DNA of 64,000 nucleotides from Acidobacteriota bacterium (GCA_019351995.1 JABBOD010000014.1:1457-65456), one strand, 5' to 3'; counted from the first letter of the stretch, positions 45,891 to 56,495 are shown. The notes: a model not told the origin generated them from the sequence alone. Translations and numbers: made by a program.

Positions 45891-47449
45891 ACGACTCGGG
45901 CACCGGGCTGCACACCCTCGGGCGGTGGACCACCGATCGAGCGGTGGCGACACCGAATCGGGTGGCGATCGACGACCGCGGCGTCGTACTCAGCTACGCA
46001 GAGCTCGACCGACGCGCGACACGGCTGGCCGAGCGATTCCTGGATGCTGGCTACGGGGTGGGTGATCGGATTGCGACACTTACCGGCAACAGCTCCGATC
46101 ACGTCGTGGTGTTCTTCGCCTGCGCCAAAGCCGGACTGGTGCTGGTTCCGCTGTCATGGCGGCTGTCCCCTCGCGAGCTCGCTCAGCAGCTCCACGACGC
46201 CGACCCTGCTTTGTTGCTGGTGGAGGATGAGTTCGGGGCGCTCGCCGGTGCCGGATTGGAGCAGCTGGCGATGGTGATCCCGTCCGGCGGGTTCGGTATC
46301 CGCGGCGTGGAGCGGGAGGTCCCCGCTCGCCGACGCCACGATGACGAGCTGCCTGAGCGCCGAGAGGTGCGAGATGATGACCCGCTGCTGATCGTCTTCA
46401 CCTCCGGGACGATCGATCGTCCCAAGGGTGCGATTCTCAGCCATGCGAACTGCTTCTGGACCAACCTGGCACTGTCGCGAACCGCCGAGATCACGAGCCG
46501 CGATGTTGTGCTTGCGTTCATGCCGCAGTACCACGTCGGGGGCTGGAACATTCAACCTTTGCTCGCCTGGTGGACGGGTGCGACGGTGGTGCTCGAGCGG
46601 ACGTTCGATGCTGGCCGAGTATTGCGGTTGATCCAGAGCCGTCGGATCACCACCACGATGGGCGTTCCGACCAACTACCTGCTGTTGGTCGAGCATCCAG
46701 AGTTCGCCGCGGCTGACCTCTCCAGCTTGGCTCACGCGATCGTCGGGGGCGCTCCGATGCCCGAGCCACTGCTGCGTACGTGGCATGCGCGCGGCGTCGC
46801 TCTCACTCAGGGGTACGGGCTGACCGAGGCCTCTCCGAACGTGCTGTGTCTCCCTGATGACGAAGCTCGCGCGAAGGTCGGGCTGGCCGGCAAGCCGTAC
46901 CCGCACATCGAGGTCCAGCTCGTCGATCCGGTGACCGGTGAGCGCATCGAGGGGACAGGCTCCGGTGAGCTCGTCGTGCGCGGGCCGGGAGTGTTCGTCG
47001 GCTACTTTCGGGACCCGGTGCACACCGCCGAAGCGCTGCGCGACGGATGGCTGCATACCGGCGACCTGGTGCGGCGGGATGCCGATGGGTACTACCAAAT
47101 CGTCGACAGGATCAAGGATGTGTACATCTCGGGTGGCGAAGGGATCGCGCCCGCCGAGATCGAAAGCGTTCTGTTCGAGCATCCTGCGGTTGCAGATGCC
47201 GCCGTGGTGGGCGTGCCAAACGACCGCTGGGGCGAGGTGGGAGTCGCCCATGTCGTCCTCCGCCCCGGGACCACCAGTGACGAGCAGGAGCTGCAGGAGT
47301 TCTGTGCGGCGAGGCTGAGCCGATACAAGCTCCCGGCACGGATCCTGTTGGTGGAGTCCATCCCGCGTTCCGCGGGCAACAAGGTGCTGCGCCGTGTGTT
47401 GCTGGAACAGTGGTCGGCCCGCAGCGTCGAGAACGGGGTGACCGCATGA
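45887..47449 (+). CDS. AMP-dependent acyl-CoA synthetase/ligase
   Basis: AMP-binding signature 'FTSGTIDRPKGA', 'GYGLTE', 'TGDL..RDADGYYQIVDRIKD' and 'NKVLRR'. Confidence 0.88.
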   Translation: MNDSGTGLHTLGRWTTDRAVATPNRVAIDDRGVVLSYAELDRRATRLAERFLDAGYGVGDRIATLTGNSSDHVVVFFACAKAGLVLVPLSWRLSPRELAQQLHDADPALLLVEDEFGALAGAGLEQLAMVIPSGGFGIRGVEREVPARRRHDDELPERREVRDDDPLLIVFTSGTIDRPKGAILSHANCFWTNLALSRTAEITSRDVVLAFMPQYHVGGWNIQPLLAWWTGATVVLERTFDAGRVLRLIQSRRITTTMGVPTNYLLLVEHPEFAAADLSSLAHAIVGGAPMPEPLLRTWHARGVALTQGYGLTEASPNVLCLPDDEARAKVGLAGKPYPHIEVQLVDPVTGERIEGTGSGELVVRGPGVFVGYFRDPVHTAEALRDGWLHTGDLVRRDADGYYQIVDRIKDVYISGGEGIAPAEIESVLFEHPAVADAAVVGVPNDRWGEVGVAHVVLRPGTTSDEQELQEFCAARLSRYKLPARILLVESIPRSAGNKVLRRVLLEQWSARSVENGVTA

Positions 47450-48123
47450 GCGCCGCCGTGGAACCGGTGCAGCCGCCAAAGCCGCTGACGGCCCGCGGCA
47501 TCCGCACGCGGGCTGCAATCCTGGAGGCCGCCGAGCAGGTCTTCGCCGAACTCGGCTACACCGAGGCATCGATCGTGCGGATCACCGAGCGAGCCGGGGT
47601 CGCGCAGGGCACCTTCTACCTCTACTTCGAGAGCAAGCTCCAGGTTTTCGACGAGCTGGTTGCCGACCTGAACCGACGGGTGCGGCACGCGATGTCTGAG
47701 GCTTCGGCGGGCGCCGCCACCCGGCTGGAGAGCGAGCGAGGGGGCTTCCGTGGCTTCTTCGCCTTCACGGCCGCGCACCCGGCCCTTTACCGCATCATTC
47801 GCGAGGCGGAATGGGTGTCGCCGCGCGCGCTGCGCAGCCACTACATGAACATCGTCGATGGCTACATCGACGGACTCCGAACGGCCAAGGACGCCGGCGA
47901 GCTCGGCGACATCGACCCGACCGTTGCCGCCTGGGCGCTGATGGGTATCGGCGAGATGATCGGGATGCGGTGGGTGCTCTGGGGCGAGCAGGGGAGCGGG
48001 GGATCGGCGGCCGATCCGCTGGCGAGTGGCACCACAGAGATTCCGGAGTCGGTGTTCGACGAGATGATGCGGTTTATTGACCGGGCGCTCACCAGCCGCC
48101 CACGAGCGGGAGACGGAGAATGA
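47446..48123 (+). CDS. TetR/AcrR family transcriptional regulator
   Basis: HTH 'FAELGYTEASIVRITERAGVAQGTFYLYF'. The start was set at ATG 47446, giving an ATGA overlap with the ligase stop. Confidence 0.88.
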   Translation: MSAAVEPVQPPKPLTARGIRTRAAILEAAEQVFAELGYTEASIVRITERAGVAQGTFYLYFESKLQVFDELVADLNRRVRHAMSEASAGAATRLESERGGFRGFFAFTAAHPALYRIIREAEWVSPRALRSHYMNIVDGYIDGLRTAKDAGELGDIDPTVAAWALMGIGEMIGMRWVLWGEQGSGGSAADPLASGTTEIPESVFDEMMRFIDRALTSRPRAGDGE

Positions 48124-48872
48124 GCATGACGGGACTCGAGGGGCGTCGCGCTGTCGTGACCGGCGGTGCGAGCGGTATTGGCGCCGCGTGCGCGCGGGCG
48201 CTAGCCGACCGAGGGGCCGAGGTCGTTGTCGCGGACGTTGATGGCGAGGGTGCCCATCGAATCGCGTCCGAGATCGGCGGCGAGGTGTGGGAGGTCGATC
48301 TGAGCGATCTGACCATGATCGCGGCGACCCCGCTGCGGGCCGACATCCTGGTGAACAATGCCGGGATCCAGACGGTGAGCCCGATCGAGGAGTTCGACCC
48401 TGACCGTTTCCGCCTGATGCTGGATCTGATGCTGGTCGCCCCGTTCCTTCTCGTGCGTGCGGCTCTGCCTGGCATGTACGAGCGTGGGTGGGGACGAGTG
48501 GTGAACATCAGTTCGGTGCACGGTGTCAGGGCGAGTCCGTTCAAGTCCGCGTACGTGGCGGCCAAACATGGGCTGGAAGGCCTCTCGAAGGTCACAGCAC
48601 TCGAGGGCGGTCCGCACGGGGTCACCAGCAACTGCGTGAACCCTGGTTACGTGCGCACACCCCTTGTCGAGAAGCAGATCGCCGATCAGGCGCGGGTGCA
48701 CGACATCCCCGAGCGGGACGTGGTGGAGAAGATCATGCTCACCGAGAGCGTGATCAAGCGACTGCTCGAGCCGGGGGAAGTCGCCGATTTGGTTGCGTGG
48801 CTCTGCGGCCCCAGCTCCAGCATGGTCACGGGTGCGTCCTACCTGATGGATGGCGGATGGAGCGCTCGATGA
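48120..48872 (+). CDS. 3-hydroxybutyrate dehydrogenase (SDR family)
   Basis: 'VTGGASGIG', 'NNAGIQTVSPIEEF', 'SAYVAAKHGLEGL', 'NPGYVRTPLVEKQI' and the C-terminal 'MDGGWSA' typical of BDH. Confidence 0.85.
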   Translation: MSMTGLEGRRAVVTGGASGIGAACARALADRGAEVVVADVDGEGAHRIASEIGGEVWEVDLSDLTMIAATPLRADILVNNAGIQTVSPIEEFDPDRFRLMLDLMLVAPFLLVRAALPGMYERGWGRVVNISSVHGVRASPFKSAYVAAKHGLEGLSKVTALEGGPHGVTSNCVNPGYVRTPLVEKQIADQARVHDIPERDVVEKIMLTESVIKRLLEPGEVADLVAWLCGPSSSMVTGASYLMDGGWSAR

Positions 48873-49789
48873 CCGGCACGACGACATGGGTTCCTGTCGA
48901 GGGTGGTGAACTTGCCGTCGGCACCTTTGGCTCCCAGGAGCCGGATGCCCCGACCGTGATCGCCGCCCACGGGATCACCGCCTCTCATCGGGCCTGGCTC
49001 ACCGTCGCGGGCGACCTCCCGGAGCTCCGGATCATCGCCCCAGATCTCCGGGGTCGCGGTCGCAGCAACGCGCTTCCCGGTCCCTTCGGTCTGCGGAAGC
49101 ACGCGGCCGACCTGGAACGCGTTCTCGATCACCTCCACCTCGAGCGCTCGCTTGCGCTGGGGCACTCGATGGGCGGCTTCGTCGTCGTGGCGTTGGCCGC
49201 CAGCGTGCCGGAGCGGATCTCGAGCCTCGTGCTGGTCGACGGTGGTCTGCCGCTGGAAGCCCCGAACGGTGTCAGCCCCGACGATGTGCCGATGTCGTTG
49301 CTCGGCCCGGCAGCAGGTCGGCTGCAGATGACCTTCGAGAGCCGGGAGGCGTACCGCGACTTCTGGCGCGGTCATCCCGCCTTCGCCGACGGCCTCACGG
49401 CTGACGTGCTCGACTACCTCGACTACGACCTGGACGGTGAGGCTCCGGGCCTGCACGCCTCCGGTTCGGTTGACGCGGTGACGAGCGACGCCCAGGAGCT
49501 CTATGGCCCCAGCTGGTATCTGGATGCCCTGCGCATCCTGCGAGAGCGCGGAACACCGGCCAGCGTGCTGCGGGCTCCCCGTGGCCTGCTCGATGACCCC
49601 CCCGGGTTATACGCCCCTGGCCGGCTTGAAGCCGCCAAGACTCTGCTCCCACAACTTGAGATCGTCGAGGTGGATGACGTGAATCACTACACGATCGCCA
49701 TGGCCGAACCGGGCGCCTCAACTGTTGCTAGGGTCGTGCGTTCCGCCCTCGCTGCGGCGGATCCCGGTGCAGGCAGGCGCATCTCATGA
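48869..49789 (+). CDS. alpha/beta hydrolase
   Basis: Nucleophile elbow 'GHSMGG' and 'HGITASH'. The start was set at ATG 48869, giving an ATGA overlap. Confidence 0.8.
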   Translation: MTGTTTWVPVEGGELAVGTFGSQEPDAPTVIAAHGITASHRAWLTVAGDLPELRIIAPDLRGRGRSNALPGPFGLRKHAADLERVLDHLHLERSLALGHSMGGFVVVALAASVPERISSLVLVDGGLPLEAPNGVSPDDVPMSLLGPAAGRLQMTFESREAYRDFWRGHPAFADGLTADVLDYLDYDLDGEAPGLHASGSVDAVTSDAQELYGPSWYLDALRILRERGTPASVLRAPRGLLDDPPGLYAPGRLEAAKTLLPQLEIVEVDDVNHYTIAMAEPGASTVARVVRSALAAADPGAGRRIS

Positions 49790-50571
49790 GTCTCGATAAG
49801 AGTGTCGCGTCGGCGGCGGAGGCGGTGGCCGACATCCCCAATGGAGCGTCGATCGCAGTGGGCGGCTTCGGGCTGAGTGGCGCGCCGATGGCACTGATCC
49901 AGGCACTTCTGGCAGGCGGCGCCGACAGGCTCGACATTGTGAGCAACAACTGTGGCGTCGACGACTGGGGTCTCGGCGTGCTGCTCGCGGCCGGCCGCAT
50001 CCGCAAGATGACCTCGTCGTACGTCGGCGAGAACAAGGAGTTCGCGCGCCGCTACCTGAGCGGCGAACTGGAGCTCGAACTGACCCCGCAGGGGACCCTC
50101 GCCGAGAAACTCCGGGCCGGCGGCTCGGGCATCGGTGCATTCTTCACCCAGACCGGCGTTGGGACGCAGGTCGCGGAGGGCGGTCTCCCGAGGCGTTACG
50201 CCTCGGACGGGACGATCGCGGTTGCCTCCCAGCCCAAGGAAGTTCGCACCTTCGCCACCGCGGGCGGGGATCGCGAGTTCATCCTCGAGGAGGCAATCAC
50301 TACCGACTTCGCGCTGGTGCACGCCTGGCGGGGAGACCGGTTCGGCAATCTCGTGTTCCGCAAGGCGACCCGCAATTTCGCTCCCCTGGCGGCAATGGCT
50401 GGTCGGGTGTGCATCGCCCAGGTCGAGGAGCTCCTGGAGCCCGGTGAGCTGGATCCGGACGACGTGCACCTCCCCGGCGTGTACGTCCACCGCATCCTCG
50501 AGGTCGGGTCGGACATTGAGAAGCGGATCGAGAAGCGCACAGTGGCCGCCGGGCCGGATGGCGCGGCCTGA
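49786..50571 (+). CDS. scoA: 3-oxoacid CoA-transferase subunit A
   Basis: '[12 protein letters not shown]', '[12 protein letters not shown]', 'SYVGENKEF' and '[16 protein letters not shown]'. Confidence 0.9.
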   Translation: MSLDKSVASAAEAVADIPNGASIAVGGFGLSGAPMALIQALLAGGADRLDIVSNNCGVDDWGLGVLLAAGRIRKMTSSYVGENKEFARRYLSGELELELTPQGTLAEKLRAGGSGIGAFFTQTGVGTQVAEGGLPRRYASDGTIAVASQPKEVRTFATAGGDREFILEEAITTDFALVHAWRGDRFGNLVFRKATRNFAPLAAMAGRVCIAQVEELLEPGELDPDDVHLPGVYVHRILEVGSDIEKRIEKRTVAAGPDGAA

Positions 50572-51212
50572 TGCCTCTCGATCGGATCGGCATGGCGGCT
50601 CGCGCGGCCGAGGAGCTGAGCGACGGCGCGTACGTGAACCTCGGGATCGGTCTCCCGACACTCGTTCCCAACTATCTGCCAGCGGGGCGCACGGTGGTGC
50701 TGCAGTCCGAGAACGGCATCCTCGGAGTCGGCCCATACCCATCGGCCGATGCGGTGGATCCGGATCTCATCAACGCCGGCAAAGAAACGGTCACGACCGT
50801 GCCGGGGGCGGCGTTCTTCGACTCGGCCATGAGCTTTGGGATGATCCGCGCTGGCAAGATCGACACCGCTATCCTGGGCGCGATGCAGGTCTCGGAGACG
50901 GGGGATCTGGCCAACTGGATGATCCCCGGGAAAATGGTCAAGGGCCCCGGCGGGGCGATGGACCTCGTCCACGGCGTGCGGCGCGTCATCGTGTTGATGG
51001 AGCACGTCGCGCGCGACGGTTCGCCCAAAATCGTCCGTTCCTGTTCCCTTCCGCTGACCGGGAAGCGCGTGGTGCACCGCATCATCACCGACCTCGCGGT
51101 GATCGATGTGACCCCATCCGGGCTCGTGCTTCGCGAACTTGCTCCCGATGTCACGGTCGACGACGTTCGCGCCGCCACCGAGCCAGAGTTGCAGCTCCGT
51201 CTCGCCCCATAA
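50571..51212 (+). CDS. scoB: 3-oxoacid CoA-transferase subunit B
   Basis: '[10 protein letters not shown]', 'LQSENGILG' (catalytic Glu context) and 'GAMDLV'. TGATG overlap with scoA. Confidence 0.9.
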   Translation: MPLDRIGMAARAAEELSDGAYVNLGIGLPTLVPNYLPAGRTVVLQSENGILGVGPYPSADAVDPDLINAGKETVTTVPGAAFFDSAMSFGMIRAGKIDTAILGAMQVSETGDLANWMIPGKMVKGPGGAMDLVHGVRRVIVLMEHVARDGSPKIVRSCSLPLTGKRVVHRIITDLAVIDVTPSGLVLRELAPDVTVDDVRAATEPELQLRLAP

Positions 51213-51247
51213 CCGGCAAGCCCTCTCGACACGACGAAGGAGTCACC

Positions 51248-52312
51248 ATGTCCAGCCCCCTGTTTGACGGAATCATCGCCCACCGCGTCACCACACCACG
51301 GCTGACCGCCAACGTGCTCGCGCGCACCGCCACCGGGGATGGATCTGAGGTGCCGGTGGTCTTCATCCACGGCAACGTGTCGTCGTCGCTCTTCTACCAG
51401 CCGACAATGCTCGCGCTCCCGGCCGGAGTGCGGGCGCTCGCGATCGACCTGCGCGGCTTCGGAGACAGCCAGACGCTGCCGGTCGACGCCACGCGGGGAG
51501 TCCGCGATTTCTCGGATGACGTCGCCAGCGTGCTCGAGACGCTCGGTGTCGAGCGGGCTCACCTGGTCGGCTGGAGCATGGGTGGCGGGGTCGTGATGCA
51601 GCTCATGCTGGACTACCCGGAGCTGGCGGCCACGGTGACGCTGGAAGCTCCGGTCTCGCCGTACGGGTTTGGCGGGACGGCTGGCGCCGAGGGCCGCAGG
51701 CTCGACGCCGATGGTGCCGGAACCGGGGGCGGGGGAGCGAACCCCGATTTCGTGGCCCGCCTCGAGGCGGCGGATACGACGGACGAGAGCCCCACCTCCC
51801 CTCGCTCCGTGTATCGGACCGCCTATGTGAGAGACGCGGCGAGGGTGCCACACGAGGACGTCTGGGTCGAGTCCATGCTGACCACCGCGACCGGCCTCGA
51901 CAACTACCCGGGTGACTCGATGCCGACGGATGCTTGGCCGGGTTTCGCGGCAGGCCGGCGGGGTGTGCTCAACACCATGACTCCGAACAATTTCGACACG
52001 AGCGGAATCGTCGAGCTGGCGCGCAAACCCCCGGTGCTGTGGATCCACGGCATCGAGGACGCGATCGTCAGCGACGCCTCCTACTTCGACCTCAACTTCC
52101 TCGGACAGGTCGGGGTGATCCCCGGCTGGCCAGGAGAAGGTGTCGCCCCCGCGCAACCGATGGTCACACAGACCCGCGCTGTGCTCGAGAGCTACCGCGC
52201 AGCCGGGGGAAAGATCACCGAGCTCATCATGGAGGACTGCGGACACGCGCCGCATCTCGACCAGGCGGCCGGTTTCGACGAGGCGCTTGCGGCCCACATC
52301 GGCGCGGCGTGA
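51248..52312 (+). CDS. alpha/beta hydrolase
   Basis: 'VVFIHGNVSSS' and the nucleophile elbow 'GWSMGG'. The start was set at ATG 51248 (MSSPLFDG). Confidence 0.8.
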   Translation: MSSPLFDGIIAHRVTTPRLTANVLARTATGDGSEVPVVFIHGNVSSSLFYQPTMLALPAGVRALAIDLRGFGDSQTLPVDATRGVRDFSDDVASVLETLGVERAHLVGWSMGGGVVMQLMLDYPELAATVTLEAPVSPYGFGGTAGAEGRRLDADGAGTGGGGANPDFVARLEAADTTDESPTSPRSVYRTAYVRDAARVPHEDVWVESMLTTATGLDNYPGDSMPTDAWPGFAAGRRGVLNTMTPNNFDTSGIVELARKPPVLWIHGIEDAIVSDASYFDLNFLGQVGVIPGWPGEGVAPAQPMVTQTRAVLESYRAAGGKITELIMEDCGHAPHLDQAAGFDEALAAHIGAA

Positions 52313-52374
52313 CGTCGGGCAATTCGCCTGTTCCGCGCCCGGCGTCACCGGACGCGCCCGCGTAGGCTGAACGC

Positions 52375-53526
52375 ATGCCTGCTCTGAACATCGGGATGCC
52401 GAAGCCTCCGCCCGAGACCCTGGCCCCGCGTCGCAAGTCCCGCCAGATCAAGGTCGGCAAGGTGCTCGTCGGCGGTGACGCGCCCGTCAGTGTGCAGTCC
52501 ATGTGCACGACACCGACCACGAACATCAACGCGACCCTCCAGCAGATCGCCGAGTTGACGGCATCCGGTTGTGACATCGTGCGGGTTGCGGTGCCCAGCC
52601 AGGATGACGCGGATGTTCTGCACATCATCGCGAAGAAGAGCCAGATCCCGGTGATCGCCGACATCCACTTCCAGCCGAAGTACGTGTTCCAGGCGATCGA
52701 TGCCGGCTGCGCTGCGGTGCGGGTGAACCCGGGCAATATCCGCAAGTTCGACGACCAGGTGGGCGCGATCGCCGCCGCCGCGAAGGCCGCCGGCGTGAGT
52801 CTGCGCATCGGCGTGAACGCCGGATCGCTCGAACCGTCGATCATGCAGAAGTACGGGAAGGCGACCCCGGAGGCCCTCGTCGAGAGCGCCGTCTGGGAGG
52901 CGAGTCTCTTCGAGGAGCACGACTTCCACGACTTCAAGATCTCGGTGAAGCACAACGACCCGGTGATCATGGTCAAGGCGTACCGACTGCTCGCCGAGCG
53001 GGGCGACTGGCCCCTGCACCTCGGTGTGACCGAGGCCGGCCCGGAGTTCCAGGGCACCATCAAGAGTGCGACCGCGTTCGGCATCCTGCTCGGCGAGGGG
53101 ATCGGCGACACCATCCGCGTCTCGCTCAGCGCCCCGCCCGCCCAGGAGGTCAAGGTCGGACTGCAGATCCTGCAGTCGCTCAACCTTCGTGAGCGCAAGC
53201 TCGAGATCGTGTCGTGCCCGAGCTGCGGACGCGCCCAGGTGGATGTCTACACCCTCGCGAACGACGTCACGGCCGGGCTCGAGGGCATGACCGTGCCCCT
53301 CCGGGTCGCCGTCATGGGCTGCGTCGTCAACGGACCGGGCGAGGCCCGCGAGGCGGACCTGGGTGTGGCATCCGGCAACGGCAAGGGGCAGATCTTCGTC
53401 AAGGGCGAGGTCATCAAGACCGTGCCCGAGAGCGAGATCGTCGCGACCCTCATCGAGGAGGCGAAGCGTCTCGCGTCCGAGATGCCCCCGGGCGAGCTGG
53501 GCACCCCGCAGGTCGTGACCGTCTAA
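52375..53526 (+). CDS. ispG: 4-hydroxy-3-methylbut-2-en-1-yl diphosphate synthase
   Basis: '[22 protein letters not shown]', 'VRVNPGNI', 'SCPSCGR' and '[10 protein letters not shown]'. Confidence 0.93.
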   Translation: MPALNIGMPKPPPETLAPRRKSRQIKVGKVLVGGDAPVSVQSMCTTPTTNINATLQQIAELTASGCDIVRVAVPSQDDADVLHIIAKKSQIPVIADIHFQPKYVFQAIDAGCAAVRVNPGNIRKFDDQVGAIAAAAKAAGVSLRIGVNAGSLEPSIMQKYGKATPEALVESAVWEASLFEEHDFHDFKISVKHNDPVIMVKAYRLLAERGDWPLHLGVTEAGPEFQGTIKSATAFGILLGEGIGDTIRVSLSAPPAQEVKVGLQILQSLNLRERKLEIVSCPSCGRAQVDVYTLANDVTAGLEGMTVPLRVAVMGCVVNGPGEAREADLGVASGNGKGQIFVKGEVIKTVPESEIVATLIEEAKRLASEMPPGELGTPQVVTV

Positions 53527-53528
53527 CC

Positions 53529-53558
53529 GCTTTCGCTTTCGCTTGCGCTTTCGCTTTC
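53529..53558. repeat. hexanucleotide tandem repeat (GCTTTC)2-GCTTGC-(GCTTTC)2
   Basis: Read directly. It starts 3 nt after the ispG TAA stop and abuts the 57-nt palindromic element. Confidence 0.9.
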
Positions 53559-53560
53559 GT

Positions 53561-53617
53561 CGAAGGGTCGCTTGTGGGGCCTTTCCTTACCGAAGTTGCC
53601 CTGTTAGCGACCCCTCG
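53561..53617 (+). repeat. 57-nt imperfect palindromic element, copy 1
   Basis: Outer arms cgaagggtcgc (53561-71) and gcgacccctcg (53607-17), 10/11 complementary. Conserved inner blocks are ggggc and tgccctg. It overlaps the last 10 codons of the DUF559 gene. Confidence 0.75.
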
Positions 53618-54567
53618 GCAGCGGGCGGATGCCAACCGCGATCGTCCAGGGCCGTTGCGATTCGCCGGGTGAGGTCGGCGGACGCCGCAAAGAGTTGGCG
53701 ATCGACGCGGATGACCCGATAGTCGCTTTCAGCGATGTCGTCGAGTCGGCGGATGTCGATCGCAAACTGATCGGTGTCCTCGGCGTGTTGGCGTCCCTCG
53801 TACTCGAGCACGACACGATACAGCGGCCACACCAGGTCGCCGTGGGCGATCACGGTGCCATACCGATCCACCAGCGGAGCGTTCACCTCGGGTTCCGGGA
53901 ATCCGGCACGCACGACCGCCAGACGCAGCAATGTCTCTCGAGCCGAATCGGTGCCGGAACGAATGAGCGGCAGCGCCTGTCGCAGTCGGGCGATGCCGCG
54001 TCGGCCAGGTCGCACGGTGACCGCATGAATCAGCTGGCCGAGTCGCGCCGCGGGGGCACGCCGACTCACCAGGCCATCGCCCATGATCACCAGCTCGTCG
54101 ACGGTGAGAAGACTCGCGCACTCGCACCAGGCGTCCACGGGCGATGAGACCCTTACGCCGTCTGGCAACTCCGCCACGGCGACTCCCGCGGTCGTCTTAT
54201 GGCCGGCGACACCCGGGCGGCGCATTGCTCGGTTCGCATCCCGATACGTCACGTGCAGGCGCTGTTGCATGTGTCGCTCGGGGAGGCGCATCCCCTGAAG
54301 TCCTGCGGCAGTCAGGTGGCTGAAATGCTGCTCATCCGTGAGGAGCGGCGCGAGAGCTCTGACCCGATCGGGCAGACTCTGCGGTGTTCGTGTCGCACGT
54401 CCGCCTCGGAACGGGCGGGCCAGGTCGCCGGCGCGAAGGCGGTCACGACTCAGTCCCGCGTCGAGCGCCGCAGCCACCGCGAAGGCCTCGCCCAGTTCGG
54501 ACGGGATGGGCGCGGCTCGTCGCATCCGCTGAGCGTCCCAGTGCGCGCCGCCGTGAGGTCGCCCCAA
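53587..54567 (-). CDS. DUF559 / Vsr-like (PD-(D/E)xK) endonuclease-domain protein
   Basis: C-terminal '[43 protein letters not shown]' matches the DUF559 restriction-endonuclease-like fold. The N-terminal half resembles AbiEi-type domains. The start is uncertain (54567 or 54525). Confidence 0.65.
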   Translation of the reverse strand: MGRPHGGAHWDAQRMRRAAPIPSELGEAFAVAAALDAGLSRDRLRAGDLARPFRGGRATRTPQSLPDRVRALAPLLTDEQHFSHLTAAGLQGMRLPERHMQQRLHVTYRDANRAMRRPGVAGHKTTAGVAVAELPDGVRVSSPVDAWCECASLLTVDELVIMGDGLVSRRAPAARLGQLIHAVTVRPGRRGIARLRQALPLIRSGTDSARETLLRLAVVRAGFPEPEVNAPLVDRYGTVIAHGDLVWPLYRVVLEYEGRQHAEDTDQFAIDIRRLDDIAESDYRVIRVDRQLFAASADLTRRIATALDDRGWHPPAAEGSLTGQLR

Positions 54568-54624
54568 CTCTCACCTGTTGGCAACCACGCCCCGATCCGC
54601 CTGGGCAGGACCACGGCACGCAGT

Positions 54625-54681
54625 CGAGGGGTCGCCATCGGGGCAGACGAGCTGCGGGAGTGCCCTGGGAGCGACCCCTCG
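54625..54681 (+). repeat. 57-nt imperfect palindromic element, copy 2
   Basis: Outer arms cgaggggtcgc (54625-35) and gcgacccctcg (54671-81), 11/11 complementary. It has the same length, orientation and conserved blocks as copy 1. Its 3' end lies 39 nt upstream of the proS GTG. Confidence 0.75.
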
Positions 54682-54720
54682 GCAAAGGGCAGCGCGCGCT
54701 GCCGCCGGTACCATGGGCGA

Positions 54721-56484
54721 GTGCCCACCCGTCTCAGTCAGCTCTTTGTCCGCACGCTGCGCGAGGATCCCTCCGACGCGGAGGTGACCAGCCACCGGCT
54801 GCTCGTCCGTGCCGGGTACATCCGTCGCCAGGCCCCCGGGATCTTCGCCTGGCTGCCGCTGGGGCTGCGCGTGCGTCGCAATATCGAACGCGTCATCCGC
54901 GAAGAGATGGATGCTGCGGGGGCGCAGGAGGTGCACTTCCCCGCTCTGCTGCCGCGTGAGCCCTATGAGCAGTCTGGTCGCTGGGAAACCTACGGCGACG
55001 GGATTTTTCGACTTCAGGACCGCAAGGGAGCTGACTACCTCCTCGCTCCGACCCACGAGGAGGTCTTCACCCTCCTCGTGAAGGACCTCTACAACTCCTA
55101 CAAGGACCTCCCGCTCTCGATCTACCAGATCCAGGACAAGTACCGCGACGAGTCCCGCCCGCGAGCGGGACTGCTGCGTGGACGCGAGTTCTCGATGAAG
55201 GACGCTTACAGCTTCGACATCTCCGACGAGGGTTTGGAGGTCTCGTACCAGGCCCAGCGTGATGCATACGAGCGCATCTTCACCCGTCTGGGGCTCGAGT
55301 ACGTCATCGTCTCGGCCGATAACGGTCTGATGGGGGGAGCCCGTTCGGAGGAGTTCCTGCACCCGACCCCGATCGGCGAGGACACCTTCGTGCGATCGGC
55401 GGGGGGATACGCGGCCAACGTCGAGGCGTTCACGACTGTTGTCCCGCCCACTCGCAGCTACGAGAAACTCACTCCCGCGGAGGTGCTCGACACGCCCAGC
55501 ACCCCGACGATCGCGACCCTGGTCGATGTCGCCAACGCGAAGCACCCGCGACCTGACGGACGCCTGTGGACTGCTGCCGACACGCTCAAGAACATCGTGC
55601 TCGCGCTGACCCACGTGGACGGAACCCGCGAGGTGGTCGTCGTCGCCGCGCCAGGAGACCGCGAGGTCGATATGAAGCGCGCCGAGGTGGCTTTCGCTCC
55701 GGCCGCGGTCGAGACGGCAGAGGCATCCGACTTCGAGAAGCATCCCCTGCTCGTCAAGGGCTATATCGGACCGTGGTCGCCGACCGGGGCGGTGCTCGGA
55801 GAAGACGCGGCCACCGGCATCCGGTATCTGGTCGATCCCCGCGTTGTCGACGGGTCAGGATGGATCACCGGCGCCAACCTCGAAGGCAAGCATGTCTTCG
55901 GACTGGTTGCGGGGCGCGACTTCGACAACGACGGCGCCGTCGAGGTGGCCGAGGTCAAGGCGGGCGATCCCGCACCTGACGGTTCGGGGCCCGTCGAGCT
56001 CGCGCGTGGCATGGAGATCGGGCACGTGTTCCAGCTCGGACGATTCTTCGCCGAGACTCTGGGGCTGAAGGTGCTCGACGAGAACGGCAAACTCGTCACC
56101 GTCACCATGGGCTCCTACGGGATCGGCGTGACCCGTCTGCTCGCCGCCATCGCCGAGCACTCGGCGGATGACAAGGGGCTGCTGTGGCCGGCGGAGGTCG
56201 CTCCTTTCGACATCCACGTCATCGCAACCGGCAAGGACCAGGCCGCGTACGAGCTCGCCGAGACGGTCGCCGCCGAGTTGGAGGCCGCGCGATTCGAGGT
56301 GCTGTACGACGATCGTCCGAAGGTGTCGCCCGGGGTAAAGTTCGGCGACGCGGAACTTCTGGGGGTGCCGACAATCGTGATCGTGGGTCGGGGCGCCGGA
56401 GAAGGTATCCTAGAGCTTTGGGACCGGCGCTCGGGGGAGCGCACCGAGGTCCCTGCAGCAGAACTGATCTCCCGTCTCGGCTAG
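54721..56484 (+). CDS. proS: proline--tRNA ligase
   Basis: '[24 protein letters not shown]' N-terminus, class-II motifs 'FRDE.RPR.GL.R.REF.MKD.YSF' and 'YGIGV.R'. Length is 587 aa from GTG 54721; the ORF-track extension is rejected. Confidence 0.92.
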   Translation: MPTRLSQLFVRTLREDPSDAEVTSHRLLVRAGYIRRQAPGIFAWLPLGLRVRRNIERVIREEMDAAGAQEVHFPALLPREPYEQSGRWETYGDGIFRLQDRKGADYLLAPTHEEVFTLLVKDLYNSYKDLPLSIYQIQDKYRDESRPRAGLLRGREFSMKDAYSFDISDEGLEVSYQAQRDAYERIFTRLGLEYVIVSADNGLMGGARSEEFLHPTPIGEDTFVRSAGGYAANVEAFTTVVPPTRSYEKLTPAEVLDTPSTPTIATLVDVANAKHPRPDGRLWTAADTLKNIVLALTHVDGTREVVVVAAPGDREVDMKRAEVAFAPAAVETAEASDFEKHPLLVKGYIGPWSPTGAVLGEDAATGIRYLVDPRVVDGSGWITGANLEGKHVFGLVAGRDFDNDGAVEVAEVKAGDPAPDGSGPVELARGMEIGHVFQLGRFFAETLGLKVLDENGKLVTVTMGSYGIGVTRLLAAIAEHSADDKGLLWPAEVAPFDIHVIATGKDQAAYELAETVAAELEAARFEVLYDDRPKVSPGVKFGDAELLGVPTIVIVGRGAGEGILELWDRRSGERTEVPAAELISRLG

Positions 56485-56495
56485 CTCCGAGACGG
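56472..56495 (+). terminator. 9-bp stem hairpin spanning the proS stop codon
   Basis: ccgtctcgg (56472-80), loop ctagct (contains TAG) and ccgagacgg (56487-95). There is no clear U-tract, so termination is tentative. Confidence 0.35.
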
